A DNA stretch of 64,000 nt from the NCBI GenBank assembly GCA_014376525.1, contig JACMRI010000001.1, positions 3,871-67,870 of the forward strand. Reading direction: 5' to 3'. The DNA is from Bacteroidia bacterium. Lineage in GTDB: Bacteria; Bacteroidota; Bacteroidia; UBA4408. The notes under the pieces were generated by a model. The model was not told where the DNA came from. It did no database searches and saw only the letters and a program-made list of their open reading frames with translations. This document shows positions 28,104-38,041 of the stretch, one piece after another; the stretch's first letter is position 1, and every line of letters begins with the position of its first letter. The position numbers were made by a program, and so were the translations under genes.

Positions 28104-28250
28104 TATGAATTATGTGCATTAACGCCACGTTAATTGAACTGCGCTAAGTTCATCTATTTATTAAATGAATATACTTCGTAACTCAGTTAAAAATAGAATA
28201 AAAGCCACTTAAATAGTTATCACTTAAATGGCATAATAAACTCTATATTT

Positions 28251-29258
28251 GTGCCAATACACACGATGAGCCACAGCAAAATTATTACACTACTGCACAC
28301 TTGTTTACTGGTAATAATTATTACTCAGTACTCCACAGCACAAAACTTAAATGGCATACGTATAGCCATAGATCCAGGGCACAGCGCAGGAACTATGGCT
28401 GAGGCTATTGTTGAAAAAAAGTATGTAGTGTTTAAATTAGACAGTGTTAACTTAGCTAAAGGACTTACAGATAGTATTGAAATAATAGAACCCAACAGTA
28501 CGTTAGTTACAGCATTATTATTACAACAAAAACTACAAGCCAAAGGGGCGGAAGTACTTCTATCTCGCACTAAACAAGGCTATAGTTCGTTTGATAAACC
28601 TTTTGCACAATGGTATGCCGAAAAATATTTAACCACTCCAACCATTGTTAAAAAAGGCAATAAAAAAATACGCATACCTACTGAGCGCAAAGCATTTGTA
28701 AATGAATTTAATGTTCAAGATATTGCTCAACGTGCCAAAATAATAAACACTTATAAACCTGATATTACCGTAATTATACATTTTAATGCAGACGAAAAAA
28801 ATGAGCCATGGACAAGACCTACAAACAAAAATTACAATATGATATTTGTACCTACACTTGCCGAAAATGTAGACAGTGTAGCTCAACAGTTTACGCCTTA
28901 TGCAAGCACTGCAAGTAAAAATTTATTGCTTGCCAAAACTACCATACAAGCATTTGAAGAAGTATTAAAAGTGCCTGCCGCTGGTGTAAATGATGCATTG
29001 TACTTAAAAGACAAATGTGAGGAAACCTCAGTAAAAGGAGTGTATGTACGTCAACTAGCGTTAAGCAAAATGGTAAAAGGAGTAGTAATATACGGCGAAA
29101 CTTTGTACCAAGATAATTACGAAGAATGTAAATTACTCAACCATAAAACATTAAATATAAATGGCATAGCATACTCTGAACGTATTGCTAACGTTGCCGA
29201 AGCCTATTACCAAGGAATTATTAATTATTATAAAATACTACAAAATGTTATTAAGTAA
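28251..29258 (+). CDS. N-acetylmuramoyl-L-alanine amidase (Amidase_3 family)
   Basis: Signal peptide. IRIAIDPGHSAG zinc-ligand motif and a downstream IIHFNADE motif typical of AmiA/AmiC-type amidases. Confidence 0.8.
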   Translation: MPIHTMSHSKIITLLHTCLLVIIITQYSTAQNLNGIRIAIDPGHSAGTMAEAIVEKKYVVFKLDSVNLAKGLTDSIEIIEPNSTLVTALLLQQKLQAKGAEVLLSRTKQGYSSFDKPFAQWYAEKYLTTPTIVKKGNKKIRIPTERKAFVNEFNVQDIAQRAKIINTYKPDITVIIHFNADEKNEPWTRPTNKNYNMIFVPTLAENVDSVAQQFTPYASTASKNLLLAKTTIQAFEEVLKVPAAGVNDALYLKDKCEETSVKGVYVRQLALSKMVKGVVIYGETLYQDNYEECKLLNHKTLNINGIAYSERIANVAEAYYQGIINYYKILQNVIK

Positions 29259-30003
29259 AGCGCACATAAAATTAGTACAAGCATTACAGCAAAAAAAGTT
29301 TAGAGAAGAACATAAATTATTTACGGCAGAGGGTGTAAAAGTTATTGCCGATTTTTTGCGTAGCGACTTAGTTTGCACACATATATTTGCTAACGAAGAT
29401 TGGTTTAGAGTAAACAAAACCAAAGTAGAAATGAGCGTAAGTTTAATACAAGTGTCGGACGACGACCTAAAGCGAATGAGCAAACTTACCACACCCAACA
29501 AAGTAATAGGTGTTTTTGAAATCCCTAAACCTAAAGTAGTTTCGCCCAAAGAGCAACTTACCTTAGTGCTTGATGGTATAAGCGATCCTGGTAATTTAGG
29601 CACTATTATACGTATTGCTGATTGGTATGGAATACAAAATATAGTATGTAGTACCGATACTGTTGATTGCTATAATTACAAAGTAGTGCAAGCCACTATG
29701 GGTTCATTGGCTAATGTAAACGTATCCTATGCTAACTTGGTAAGTTACCTGCACGAAACTAAAGTAAAGTATATATATGGCACCTTGTTAGATGGCGAAA
29801 ATATATACAAACAAAAATTACAATTGCCTGCATTATTAGTAATGGGTAGCGAATCGCACGGCATAAGCGAGGAAGTTGCGGCATGCCTTACCCAAAAAAT
29901 AAAAATAGCTAGTGGCAATTTCAACGAACATAGTGCCGAGTCGCTTAACGTAGGCGTAGCCTGTGCTGTGGCATGTAGCGAGTTTTTGCGCGGGGTGCTT
30001 TAG
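29245..30003 (+). CDS. TrmH/SpoU-family RNA 2'-O-methyltransferase
   Basis: SPOUT motifs LVLDGISDPGNLGTIIRIADWYG and LVMGSESHGIS ... NVGVACAVAC. Start chosen at MLLSKAHIKL (29245), in frame with ORF-track 29185. Confidence 0.8.
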   Translation: MLLSKAHIKLVQALQQKKFREEHKLFTAEGVKVIADFLRSDLVCTHIFANEDWFRVNKTKVEMSVSLIQVSDDDLKRMSKLTTPNKVIGVFEIPKPKVVSPKEQLTLVLDGISDPGNLGTIIRIADWYGIQNIVCSTDTVDCYNYKVVQATMGSLANVNVSYANLVSYLHETKVKYIYGTLLDGENIYKQKLQLPALLVMGSESHGISEEVAACLTQKIKIASGNFNEHSAESLNVGVACAVACSEFLRGVL

Positions 30004-30092
30004 CTATAATTAGTATTTGCAGTTAGTGTATTTTTTTTAACTAAATTAATGCAATAGAATGTATTTACTATAAACATTATATGTTTGTTTTT

Positions 30093-30527
30093 TTACAAAA
30101 ACAATACGTCTAAATATTCGTTTTCTTTTTTACGCATGAGCTGTTGTTGCGCTTTAGTTTTATCGTTGTAACTACATAGGTGCAATAACCCATGTATCAT
30201 TATTCGCATTAGTTCGTGGTTGGTCGTAACATTGTTTTGTAAAGCATTGTCTGCAACTCTATCAACACTAATAAATATGTCTGCTACTAATTGTTTTTTT
30301 TCACGTTCAGCATCAGTAGTGTTGTCAAACGTAATAATGTCTGTGTAGTAATCGTGTTGCAAATAATCAATATTCATTTGCAACAAATCATCATCACTCA
30401 TCAGTATGTAATTAATTTCTTTTATTTTAAAACCTTCGTTAATTGCATTGTTAACAAGCCATGTGCGTGTTTTGCCAATTTTGAATTTAGGTTTAGTTAT
30501 GTGTTGAGTATGAAACTGAATGGCCAT
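30093..30527 (-). CDS. ybeY: rRNA maturation endoribonuclease YbeY
   Basis: 144 aa. The metal-binding motif HGLLHLCSYNDKT corresponds to H-G-x-L-H-L-x-G-Y-D-H of YbeY. Confidence 0.85.
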   Translation of the reverse strand: MAIQFHTQHITKPKFKIGKTRTWLVNNAINEGFKIKEINYILMSDDDLLQMNIDYLQHDYYTDIITFDNTTDAEREKKQLVADIFISVDRVADNALQNNVTTNHELMRIMIHGLLHLCSYNDKTKAQQQLMRKKENEYLDVLFL

Positions 30528-30607
30528 AATTTTGGTTTAAATAGTTTTGCCACAATAACACGAATAATTGCATATTAATTTATCGTGTTTTTTTAAATTG
30601 AACATTA

Positions 30608-30946
30608 TTAAATTTTATCCATAATATCATCGTATCTAATATCGCTATGCGAAGCATTGTACAAGCACTTACCATCTTTTATTATAAGTACTTGTGGCGA
30701 AGCGTGTTCTAAACCTGTAAGAGTTACTATGTGGTTAGATATATCTCTGTGTTCCAACAAGTCTAAATAATAGGGTTGTATTTTGCTATTATCTCCTTCC
30801 TTCCAATTGCGCTCTACACGGCTTAATGATGCTGAGCTTATAGAACAGCGTGTACTGTGCTTAAATATTAGTATTGGCTCGTTGAAAGATTGTGTATTTA
30901 CAATAGTTTCTAATTGTGCTATTGTAGTAAGTGTATTCCAGTTCAT
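30608..30946 (-). CDS. ytxJ: Bacillithiol-system thioredoxin-like protein YtxJ (BrxC-type)
   Basis: 112 aa. Monothiol TxxC motif in ILIFKHSTRCSIS. Overall DUF2847/YtxJ layout. Confidence 0.65.
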   Translation of the reverse strand: MNWNTLTTIAQLETIVNTQSFNEPILIFKHSTRCSISSASLSRVERNWKEGDNSKIQPYYLDLLEHRDISNHIVTLTGLEHASPQVLIIKDGKCLYNASHSDIRYDDIMDKI

Positions 30947-31104
30947 TAGTTTAATAGTTTTAAAATATTTTTATACAAAACTACTATTTTTTTTGTGGCA
31001 TGAATTTGGTTTAGCGGCATTTTAATTTAACTTAGCAAAATATAATTACATACAATAAAATTACTAATACACTTAATCAGCAACAATATTTTAAAAAAAC
31101 TAAC

Positions 31105-31917
31105 ATGAAAATAATTATTACATCAATTTTACTGCTATGTGTAACATTAGCCATGTCGCAAAATACAGGCAACACAGTAATATTTAGTAACACTGGGCAA
31201 CGCTTTATTGTTATACTTAACGGAACACGTATAAACGATAACTTTGAAACCAACGTAAAACTAACCAACCTAACTGCCGAATTTTATAAAATAAAATTGT
31301 TGTTTGAAAAAGGTGCTCTCAAGCAAAAAGATTTTAATTTGTATGTGCATATTGGGCAAGAAATTACCTACGAACTTAAAACAGTAAAAAACCGCACAGT
31401 ACTACGTTTTAATAGTGAAGCACCTTTAGTGCCTACGTATATGCCACCAGTTCCAATGCCTGTACAAAGTGCACCTATACAATCTTTACCAACGGGTAAT
31501 GGTATTGCAAATGCACCAATTATTAATATGCCAATAAATATAAATGTAGGTAATGGTGTTGTAAATAATGCGCCCAATAGTGGCACTATTGCACAACCTA
31601 TAATTAGCCCATACGGTTGCCCAAGCCCTATGTCTGGAACTGCATTTGGGCAAGCAAAGCAAAGTATTAATACAAAGCCATTTGAAGATAATAAACTACA
31701 GATAGCTAAGCAAGTATTGGGCAGTAACTGCTTAACTTGTGCGCAAGTAAAAGAAATAATAATGTTATTTAATTTTGAAGATTCCCGCTTAGATTTTGCT
31801 AAATTTGCTTATGGTCGTGCGTATGATTATGGCAATTATTTTATAGTAAATGATGCCTTTAAATTTTCTGATTCTATAGACCAATTAAATAGTTACATAC
31901 AATCGTTTCAACGCTAA
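31105..31917 (+). CDS. DUF4476-like secreted protein
   Basis: Signal peptide MKIIITSILLLCVTLAMSQ. P/N/G-rich linker. C-terminal domain has DSRLDFAKFAYGRAYDYGNY, characteristic of DUF4476. Confidence 0.45.
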   Translation: MKIIITSILLLCVTLAMSQNTGNTVIFSNTGQRFIVILNGTRINDNFETNVKLTNLTAEFYKIKLLFEKGALKQKDFNLYVHIGQEITYELKTVKNRTVLRFNSEAPLVPTYMPPVPMPVQSAPIQSLPTGNGIANAPIINMPININVGNGVVNNAPNSGTIAQPIISPYGCPSPMSGTAFGQAKQSINTKPFEDNKLQIAKQVLGSNCLTCAQVKEIIMLFNFEDSRLDFAKFAYGRAYDYGNYFIVNDAFKFSDSIDQLNSYIQSFQR

Positions 31918-31925
31918 ATAGAATA

Positions 31926-32300
31926 ATGAAAACAATAATAAACCCAACTAATGCCCCTGCACCAATAGGCCCTTATAGCCGTGCTATACAAGCTGGTAAT
32001 ACTATATATACAAGTGGCAATATTGCATTAGATGCTGATGGTAACTTATACATAGGCGACATTAAAACAGAAACTGAAATAGTAATGAATAACCTCAATA
32101 CTATTTTGCAAGCTGCTGGAGCATCGTTTAATAACGTAGTTAAAGCATCAATATTTATTGCCGACATGAACGACTTTGGAGCAATTAATGAAGTGTATGC
32201 ACGTTATTTTACCAACGATTTTCCTGCTCGAGAAACCGTACAAGTTGCACGATTACCCAAAGACGCTCGTGTCGAAATTAGTGTAATAGCGGTGGTGTAA
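31926..32300 (+). CDS. RidA/YjgF family reactive-intermediate deaminase
   Basis: 124 aa. PAPIGPYSRAI ... G.IALD..G ... PARETVQVARLP, a characteristic YjgF/chorismate-mutase-like pattern. Confidence 0.8.
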   Translation: MKTIINPTNAPAPIGPYSRAIQAGNTIYTSGNIALDADGNLYIGDIKTETEIVMNNLNTILQAAGASFNNVVKASIFIADMNDFGAINEVYARYFTNDFPARETVQVARLPKDARVEISVIAVV

Positions 32301-32331
32301 TTAAATGGGTATTATTAAACACAATTATTAA

Positions 32332-32943
32332 ATGATAACAGTAATTAATTATGGTGTTGGCAACTTGGGTTCGGTAATGAATATGTTTAAAAAAATAAAC
32401 GTAGAAGCCCAACTATCCACAAGTATTGACGATATTAAAAATGCAAAAAAACTGTTGTTACCTGGTATTGGTTCATTTGATATTGCAATGCAAAAGTTAA
32501 TTTCAACAGGATATTTACCTTATTTAAACCAAAAGGTAATGGAAGAAAAGGTACCTACATTGGGTATTTGTCTTGGTATGCAACTTATGACTAATGGAAG
32601 CGAAGAGGGAACACACAAGGGCCTAGGTTGGTTTGATGCAGAAACCGTAAAGTTTAATTTAGACACAAACATATATAAAATACCTCACATGGGTTGGAAC
32701 GATGTGTTTTTGAAACAAGCTAACAATACACTTACCGCCAATTTGCCTGTAGAGCCTCGTTTTTATTTTTGCCATAGTTACTTTGTTAAGTGTAAGAATG
32801 ATAACGAACAAATGCTAACGTGCAACTATGGCAATGAATTTACTTGCGGAATAAATAATGAAAACATATACGGTGTACAGTTTCACCCCGAAAAAAGCCA
32901 CAAATATGGTATGCAATTACTCAAAAACTTTTCAACGCTATAA
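32332..32943 (+). CDS. HisH-like glutamine amidotransferase subunit (WbuY-like, polysaccharide-cluster paralogue)
   Basis: Class-I GATase triad: GICLGMQ (Cys nucleophile) and HPEKS (His). N-terminal MITVINYGVGNLGSV. It is followed directly by a HisF-like gene and polysaccharide genes, not by other his genes. Confidence 0.8.
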   Translation: MITVINYGVGNLGSVMNMFKKINVEAQLSTSIDDIKNAKKLLLPGIGSFDIAMQKLISTGYLPYLNQKVMEEKVPTLGICLGMQLMTNGSEEGTHKGLGWFDAETVKFNLDTNIYKIPHMGWNDVFLKQANNTLTANLPVEPRFYFCHSYFVKCKNDNEQMLTCNYGNEFTCGINNENIYGVQFHPEKSHKYGMQLLKNFSTL

Positions 32944-32946
32944 ACA

Positions 32947-33711
32947 ATGAGAAGAATACGAGTAATACCCGCCTTATTAATTAAAGATGGCGGATTGTAT
33001 AAAGGCCAGCGTTTTAAAGATTTTAAATATGTGGGCGACCCCATAAACGCCATAAAAATATTTAACGATAAAGAAGTAGATGAGCTATGTGTGTTTGACA
33101 TAAGTGCTACCACAGCTAACAAAGCTCCTGACTATAAACTTATACAAGAGTTTGCTGGAGAATGTTTTATGCCTTGTTGCTATGGTGGAGGAATTAATAA
33201 ATTGGAACACGCACAACGTATATTTGAATTGGGTATAGAGAAAGTATCCATAAGCAGTGGTGCATTTAGTAACCCACAGCTCATAGGACAAATAGCCAAT
33301 CAATACGGAGCGTCTAGCACTGTTGTTACTATTGATTACAAAAAAAAAATATTTGGCAAAACTACTGTATATACGCATCAGGGTAGTTACAATACAAAAC
33401 TAACAGTACTAGAATGGGCTAAAACTGTTGAAAACGCTGGTGCAGGCGAAATTATATTAAATAGTATTGATAAAGATGGGTTGATGACAGGCTACGACTT
33501 AGACATGATACACGCGGTGAGTAATAGCGTAACCATACCTGTTATAGCATTAGGAGGCTGTGGTACAATAAGCGATATGGCTAAAGCCGTGGAGCAGGGT
33601 GCTAGTGCAGTAGCAGCAGGTAGCACATTTGTGTTTCATGGAAAGTTAAAAGGCGTACTTATAAATTTCCCTACACAAGACGAATTAAAGAAAGAATTAT
33701 ATATTCCATAA
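32947..33711 (+). CDS. HisF-like cyclase subunit (WbuZ-like glycosyl-amidation-associated protein)
   Basis: TIM-barrel HisF pattern RVIPALLIKDGGLYKG ... CYGGGI ... ILNSIDKDGLMTGYD ... IALGGCG. Confidence 0.8.
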   Translation: MRRIRVIPALLIKDGGLYKGQRFKDFKYVGDPINAIKIFNDKEVDELCVFDISATTANKAPDYKLIQEFAGECFMPCCYGGGINKLEHAQRIFELGIEKVSISSGAFSNPQLIGQIANQYGASSTVVTIDYKKKIFGKTTVYTHQGSYNTKLTVLEWAKTVENAGAGEIILNSIDKDGLMTGYDLDMIHAVSNSVTIPVIALGGCGTISDMAKAVEQGASAVAAGSTFVFHGKLKGVLINFPTQDELKKELYIP

Positions 33712-33718
33712 AAAAATA

Positions 33719-34984
33719 ATGATAAATAAAACTTTACTAAAATTCAAAAAACATACGTTATTTATACTTTATTTATTAATGATAATAGGAATTTGCTTTG
33801 GTGTATATAACTCTAGTGGCTTAGTTCATATTCAAAAAATAATTAGCTATTTAGTTGCATTAGTCTTAATATATATATTGGTAAATAAATATATTATTGA
33901 TAAAAATAGGAACGTTGATATAACATTTATGAATAATAGTAACAATGATGTACTGCTAAATATAGTAATAGGAGTATCACTACTTACTTGCATATTTCAC
34001 TTACTTTATCTGGGTTATATTCCTGTTTGGGAAACCTATAAATCTTTATATGGAATAGAAATTTCATTTATTAGAGAAGATGTTTTATCTAAATTAAACA
34101 CTACATTAAACTATCTAGTTGCATTTAATTTAAATGCTACAATTCCATTTATATTTTATCAAACGTTTAAGCGCAAAAAACGATATTTTGTTATTTTATA
34201 CATTATATTATTTTTTTATTTATTAAATGTATTACAAAAAAGTTATTTGCTATTTGCCATACTTCCATTGGCAATTCTTATGTTTAACCAAAAGTATTAC
34301 AAATTGGGTATTGCTACCATTGTATTGTCTACATTATCTATCTTTTTTATAATATGGCTATCTAACCCACAACTAAGAGCAAGTAGTACTGAAATAGATT
34401 TATATGCAAAAAAATATATTTCAAAAAACATTCATGCAAATACAGTTTTAGCGCCACAGGCAATACTTCCCAAAAGCTCAGTGTCTTCTCAAAATGTTGT
34501 ACTAAGTATATTTATTGGTTTTTATAATAGAATAGCTCTAGTACCTGGGCATGTTGTTAGTAAATGGTTTGATTATATACCCCAAAAATTACCTTATACA
34601 CATGGTTATAATATTAGGCCAATTGCATTAATTAGTGGAAAAAATTATCAAGATTATAATTACTCGAGAATGATTTATGATTTAGAATTTCCTGAAGACG
34701 CCAAAAACGGTTTAAAAGGAACTGCAAATGTTGCTCATTTTATGAATGATTACGCTAGTTTTGGTTTTTGGGGCTTATTTTTTTCAGCCCTGCAAGTAGT
34801 TATTATAATTCAACTTCTGCAACATATATTTAAAAATAATATAAGTGATTTAATATCATTTAACTTAAATTTTATGCTTGCGCTATCCTCTACTGCACTT
34901 ACCACAACTTTATTTTCAGGAGGATGGGCTTTAATGATTGTTTATTATTTTCTTTTTAATCACAAAAATGAAATTACTGATTAA
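33719..34984 (+). CDS. Polytopic membrane protein, putative polysaccharide (O-unit) polymerase Wzy/EpsG-like
   Basis: ~10 predicted TM helices. Very AT-rich. No catalytic motifs. It sits between hisF-like and wzx-like genes in a glycan cluster. Confidence 0.4.
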   Translation: MINKTLLKFKKHTLFILYLLMIIGICFGVYNSSGLVHIQKIISYLVALVLIYILVNKYIIDKNRNVDITFMNNSNNDVLLNIVIGVSLLTCIFHLLYLGYIPVWETYKSLYGIEISFIREDVLSKLNTTLNYLVAFNLNATIPFIFYQTFKRKKRYFVILYIILFFYLLNVLQKSYLLFAILPLAILMFNQKYYKLGIATIVLSTLSIFFIIWLSNPQLRASSTEIDLYAKKYISKNIHANTVLAPQAILPKSSVSSQNVVLSIFIGFYNRIALVPGHVVSKWFDYIPQKLPYTHGYNIRPIALISGKNYQDYNYSRMIYDLEFPEDAKNGLKGTANVAHFMNDYASFGFWGLFFSALQVVIIIQLLQHIFKNNISDLISFNLNFMLALSSTALTTTLFSGGWALMIVYYFLFNHKNEITD

Positions 34985-36227
34985 TAAAATAGCAACAAAT
35001 AATTTTTATGTTTTAACAATAGGAACAATTGCATCTCAATTTTTAGTACTTGCTACATTTTTTGCAATTGTTAAATTTAACATATACACACCAAAAGAGG
35101 TTGGAATACTAAATATAGTATTAAACAGTGTTGGTATACTGGCAGTATTGTTTAGTTTAAGATACGAGTCAGCTATTGCAAAATCAAATACTGAGGAAGA
35201 GGCCGAGCAAGTTTTTTGGATGTGTATTTGGTGGAATTTTGTTTTTTTATTTTTATTTAGTTCTTGTTTTTATTTTATTCCAACAGCAGCTATATACAAT
35301 CTTGGATTATCAAATCTAGGTGTTTATGTGTATTTAATCCCTTTATATACATTTGTATTAACCATAAATCAATTACTAATTTTAAAAATAAATAGAGATG
35401 GGAATTATAAATTAAACGCAGTTTCCAAAGTTTTAAATTCGTTATTGTTTATAATTATACTTATAGTAGCAACTTGTTTTTTTAAAAATTATTTTAGCGT
35501 ACTTAATGCGCAATTTTTTTCGTTATTAGTTGTAACACTTCTACTTTTATATAAGAATAAAAATCTTTTTAGAACTCATTTTGATGTACATACTTTTAAA
35601 TCGCTGAGCAAAAAATATATTTATTTACCAAAATATTTTTTAGTATCATCATTGTTTGATAAGCTAAGTGTGAATATGCCTTTGTTATTTATTAATAAAA
35701 TATTTGACGTATCTGTTGCTGGTTATTTTGGTTTTAGCGAGCGTATTTTAAGCAGTCCTTCAGGCGTAATTAGTTCTTCTATTTCTCAAATTTTATATCA
35801 AGATGTTTGCAAGAGAATTAATATTCAACAAGAACATTTTAGTATTTTTGCATCAAATCTTCGCAAGTTATTTTTGATGGGCATTTTGCCATTTTCAATA
35901 CTTATTATAGGCGGAGATTATCTTGCCAAAACATTATTAAGCGAGGAGTGGCAGGGAGTTGGCATATATTTACAATGTATAGCGGCTATACAATTTATAC
36001 GTTTTATGGTATCTCCGTTAAGTGTTATATTGCTTGCAAATAAAGAAACTAAAATACTTGCGATATGGCAAACAAGCTATTTTATTAGTGTTAGTGTTAT
36101 TATTGGTGTATCTTACTGGTACAAAAACATAAAACTATTTTTAATTTTACTTGTTATTATTGAATTTGTGCTGTATAGCATCTATCTTTACTTAATATAT
36201 AAATCAGCAAAAAAATCATTATTATAA
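34968..36227 (+). CDS. Polysaccharide flippase (Wzx / MOP superfamily)
   Basis: ~12 TM helices. Start placed at MKLLINKIATNNFYVLTIGTIASQFLVLATFF (ORF-track 34938 overlaps the upstream gene). The N-terminus is typical of polysaccharide biosynthesis protein / Wzx. Confidence 0.6.
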   Translation: MKLLINKIATNNFYVLTIGTIASQFLVLATFFAIVKFNIYTPKEVGILNIVLNSVGILAVLFSLRYESAIAKSNTEEEAEQVFWMCIWWNFVFLFLFSSCFYFIPTAAIYNLGLSNLGVYVYLIPLYTFVLTINQLLILKINRDGNYKLNAVSKVLNSLLFIIILIVATCFFKNYFSVLNAQFFSLLVVTLLLLYKNKNLFRTHFDVHTFKSLSKKYIYLPKYFLVSSLFDKLSVNMPLLFINKIFDVSVAGYFGFSERILSSPSGVISSSISQILYQDVCKRINIQQEHFSIFASNLRKLFLMGILPFSILIIGGDYLAKTLLSEEWQGVGIYLQCIAAIQFIRFMVSPLSVILLANKETKILAIWQTSYFISVSVIIGVSYWYKNIKLFLILLVIIEFVLYSIYLYLIYKSAKKSLL

Positions 36228-36230
36228 ATT

Positions 36231-38024
36231 ATGTGCGGCATATCTTTATTAGTTAACAAAACATTATCTAACGCTCACTTTGATGACATTCATACTATGA
36301 ATGAAACCATATTACATCGTGGTCCTGATGCTGGAAATACCTATGTGTATAACAATGTAGCACTAGGACATAGAAGACTTGCAATAATAGATTTGTCTGT
36401 TGATGGAGAACAACCAATGCATTGGAAGGATAAGTACACAATTATATTTAATGGCGAAATTTATAATTACATTGAAATAAAAAATGATTTGGAAAGTAAA
36501 GGATATATATTCTCTACCAAAACAGATACTGAAGTTATACTTGCTGCTTATGATTGTTATAAAGAAGACTGTTTAAACTATTTTAATGGCATGTGGGCAT
36601 TTGTTATAATAGATAAACAATCTAATAGTTTGTTTGGAGCTAGAGACCGTTTTGGTGTAAAACCCTTTCATTACTGCATTATCGACAAATACTTTGCCTG
36701 CTCGTCAGAAATTAAGCAACTTTTAACAATAGTACCTGCTGTTGCTAACGAACAAATTGTGGTTGATTTTTTGTCGCACGGAATAGTTGAACACAAAGAG
36801 GAAACGTTTTTTAAATCTATTTTTAAATTATTGCCCAGTACCTACTTTGTGTACAATTTAACAAGTAATAAAATCACATTCAAAAAATATTATGAAATTT
36901 TATTACGTAATGAAATATTAAATTACTCTTTGGAGGAAAGTATTAATGTTTATGAAAAAACTTTAGAAAGTGCAATAAAACTTAGAATGCGCTCTGATGT
37001 TAAAGTAGGTACCTGCTTAAGCGGAGGGCTTGATAGTTCTACTATTGCTGCAATAGCGTCTAAAATGTCAAACGGTAAATTTACAGCCATAACAGCATCG
37101 TCTACAGATAAACGAAATGACGAAACCAATTTTGCTAAAGAAGTAGTACAACATTGTAATTTAGATTGGAAAACAATATGCCCAACTACCACTGTTTTTT
37201 TTAATAATATTGCCGAAATTATTAAAACTCAAGAAGAACCTTTTGCATCTACGTCAATATTTATGCAATATTTTGTAATGAAAAGCGCAAAAGAAAATGG
37301 CTGTACTGTGTTGTTAGACGGTCAGGGAGGAGATGAAACGTTATTTGGATATGAACGTTATTACGCCTCATTATTTAAACATTTAAGTTTTATAGATAAG
37401 ATAAAGACCTTTAGAGCTGCAACTAAAAATTCAAAACTAACAGCTAAAACACTTGTAGCTTACCTGTTTTATTTTAATAATTTTTTTATTAGAAAATTGT
37501 TTTTAAAAAAAAGAAGTGCGTTTTTAAAACCAAATTATATAAATAAAATAGATTTTTCGATAATTAAAGATGCTATTAAATCTAACAATAATGTAGTTAA
37601 TTTACAAATATTAGAAATTACCAAAACAACAATGCCTCAATTGTTAAAATACGAAGACCGTAATTCAATGCGTCATTCTATAGAAACTCGCTTACCATTT
37701 ATTGATTATAATTGTGTTGAAGTTGCGCTATCCATAAACAATAATTACAAAATATATAATGGCTGGACTAAATATATTTTGCGCAACATTACACAAAAAC
37801 ATTTACCAAGCAGTATTGCATGGCGCAAAAATAAGGTTGGATTTGAGTCGCCTCAAGACGAATGGCTTAAAAATAAAAATTATTTTTTACCATTAATAAA
37901 ATCTTCATTACTATTAAAAAAAATAACAAAAACTGACTTTGATTTTGAAACTATTAGTGATAACAATCTATTTTGGAAATTATATTGTGTAGCCGCTTGG
38001 GAAAAAGAATTTATTTTAAAATAA
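36231..38024 (+). CDS. Asparagine synthase (glutamine-hydrolysing) family amidotransferase (AsnB-like)
   Basis: N-terminal Ntn nucleophile MCGISLLV. HRGPDAGN, LAIIDLS and the PP-loop SGGLDSSTIAAIA of the synthetase domain are present. Confidence 0.8.
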   Translation: MCGISLLVNKTLSNAHFDDIHTMNETILHRGPDAGNTYVYNNVALGHRRLAIIDLSVDGEQPMHWKDKYTIIFNGEIYNYIEIKNDLESKGYIFSTKTDTEVILAAYDCYKEDCLNYFNGMWAFVIIDKQSNSLFGARDRFGVKPFHYCIIDKYFACSSEIKQLLTIVPAVANEQIVVDFLSHGIVEHKEETFFKSIFKLLPSTYFVYNLTSNKITFKKYYEILLRNEILNYSLEESINVYEKTLESAIKLRMRSDVKVGTCLSGGLDSSTIAAIASKMSNGKFTAITASSTDKRNDETNFAKEVVQHCNLDWKTICPTTTVFFNNIAEIIKTQEEPFASTSIFMQYFVMKSAKENGCTVLLDGQGGDETLFGYERYYASLFKHLSFIDKIKTFRAATKNSKLTAKTLVAYLFYFNNFFIRKLFLKKRSAFLKPNYINKIDFSIIKDAIKSNNNVVNLQILEITKTTMPQLLKYEDRNSMRHSIETRLPFIDYNCVEVALSINNNYKIYNGWTKYILRNITQKHLPSSIAWRKNKVGFESPQDEWLKNKNYFLPLIKSSLLLKKITKTDFDFETISDNNLFWKLYCVAAWEKEFILK

Positions 38025-38041
38025 TAGTTAGGCACTAAATT

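Noticed and set aside
32332-33711. hisH/hisF interpreted as histidine-biosynthesis genes
   Set aside because: No hisA, hisB, hisC, hisD, hisG or hisIE is adjacent. Instead the genes abut wzy/wzx/GT and a WbuX-like PP-loop amidotransferase, the known context of the WbuY/WbuZ glycosyl-amidation paralogues.
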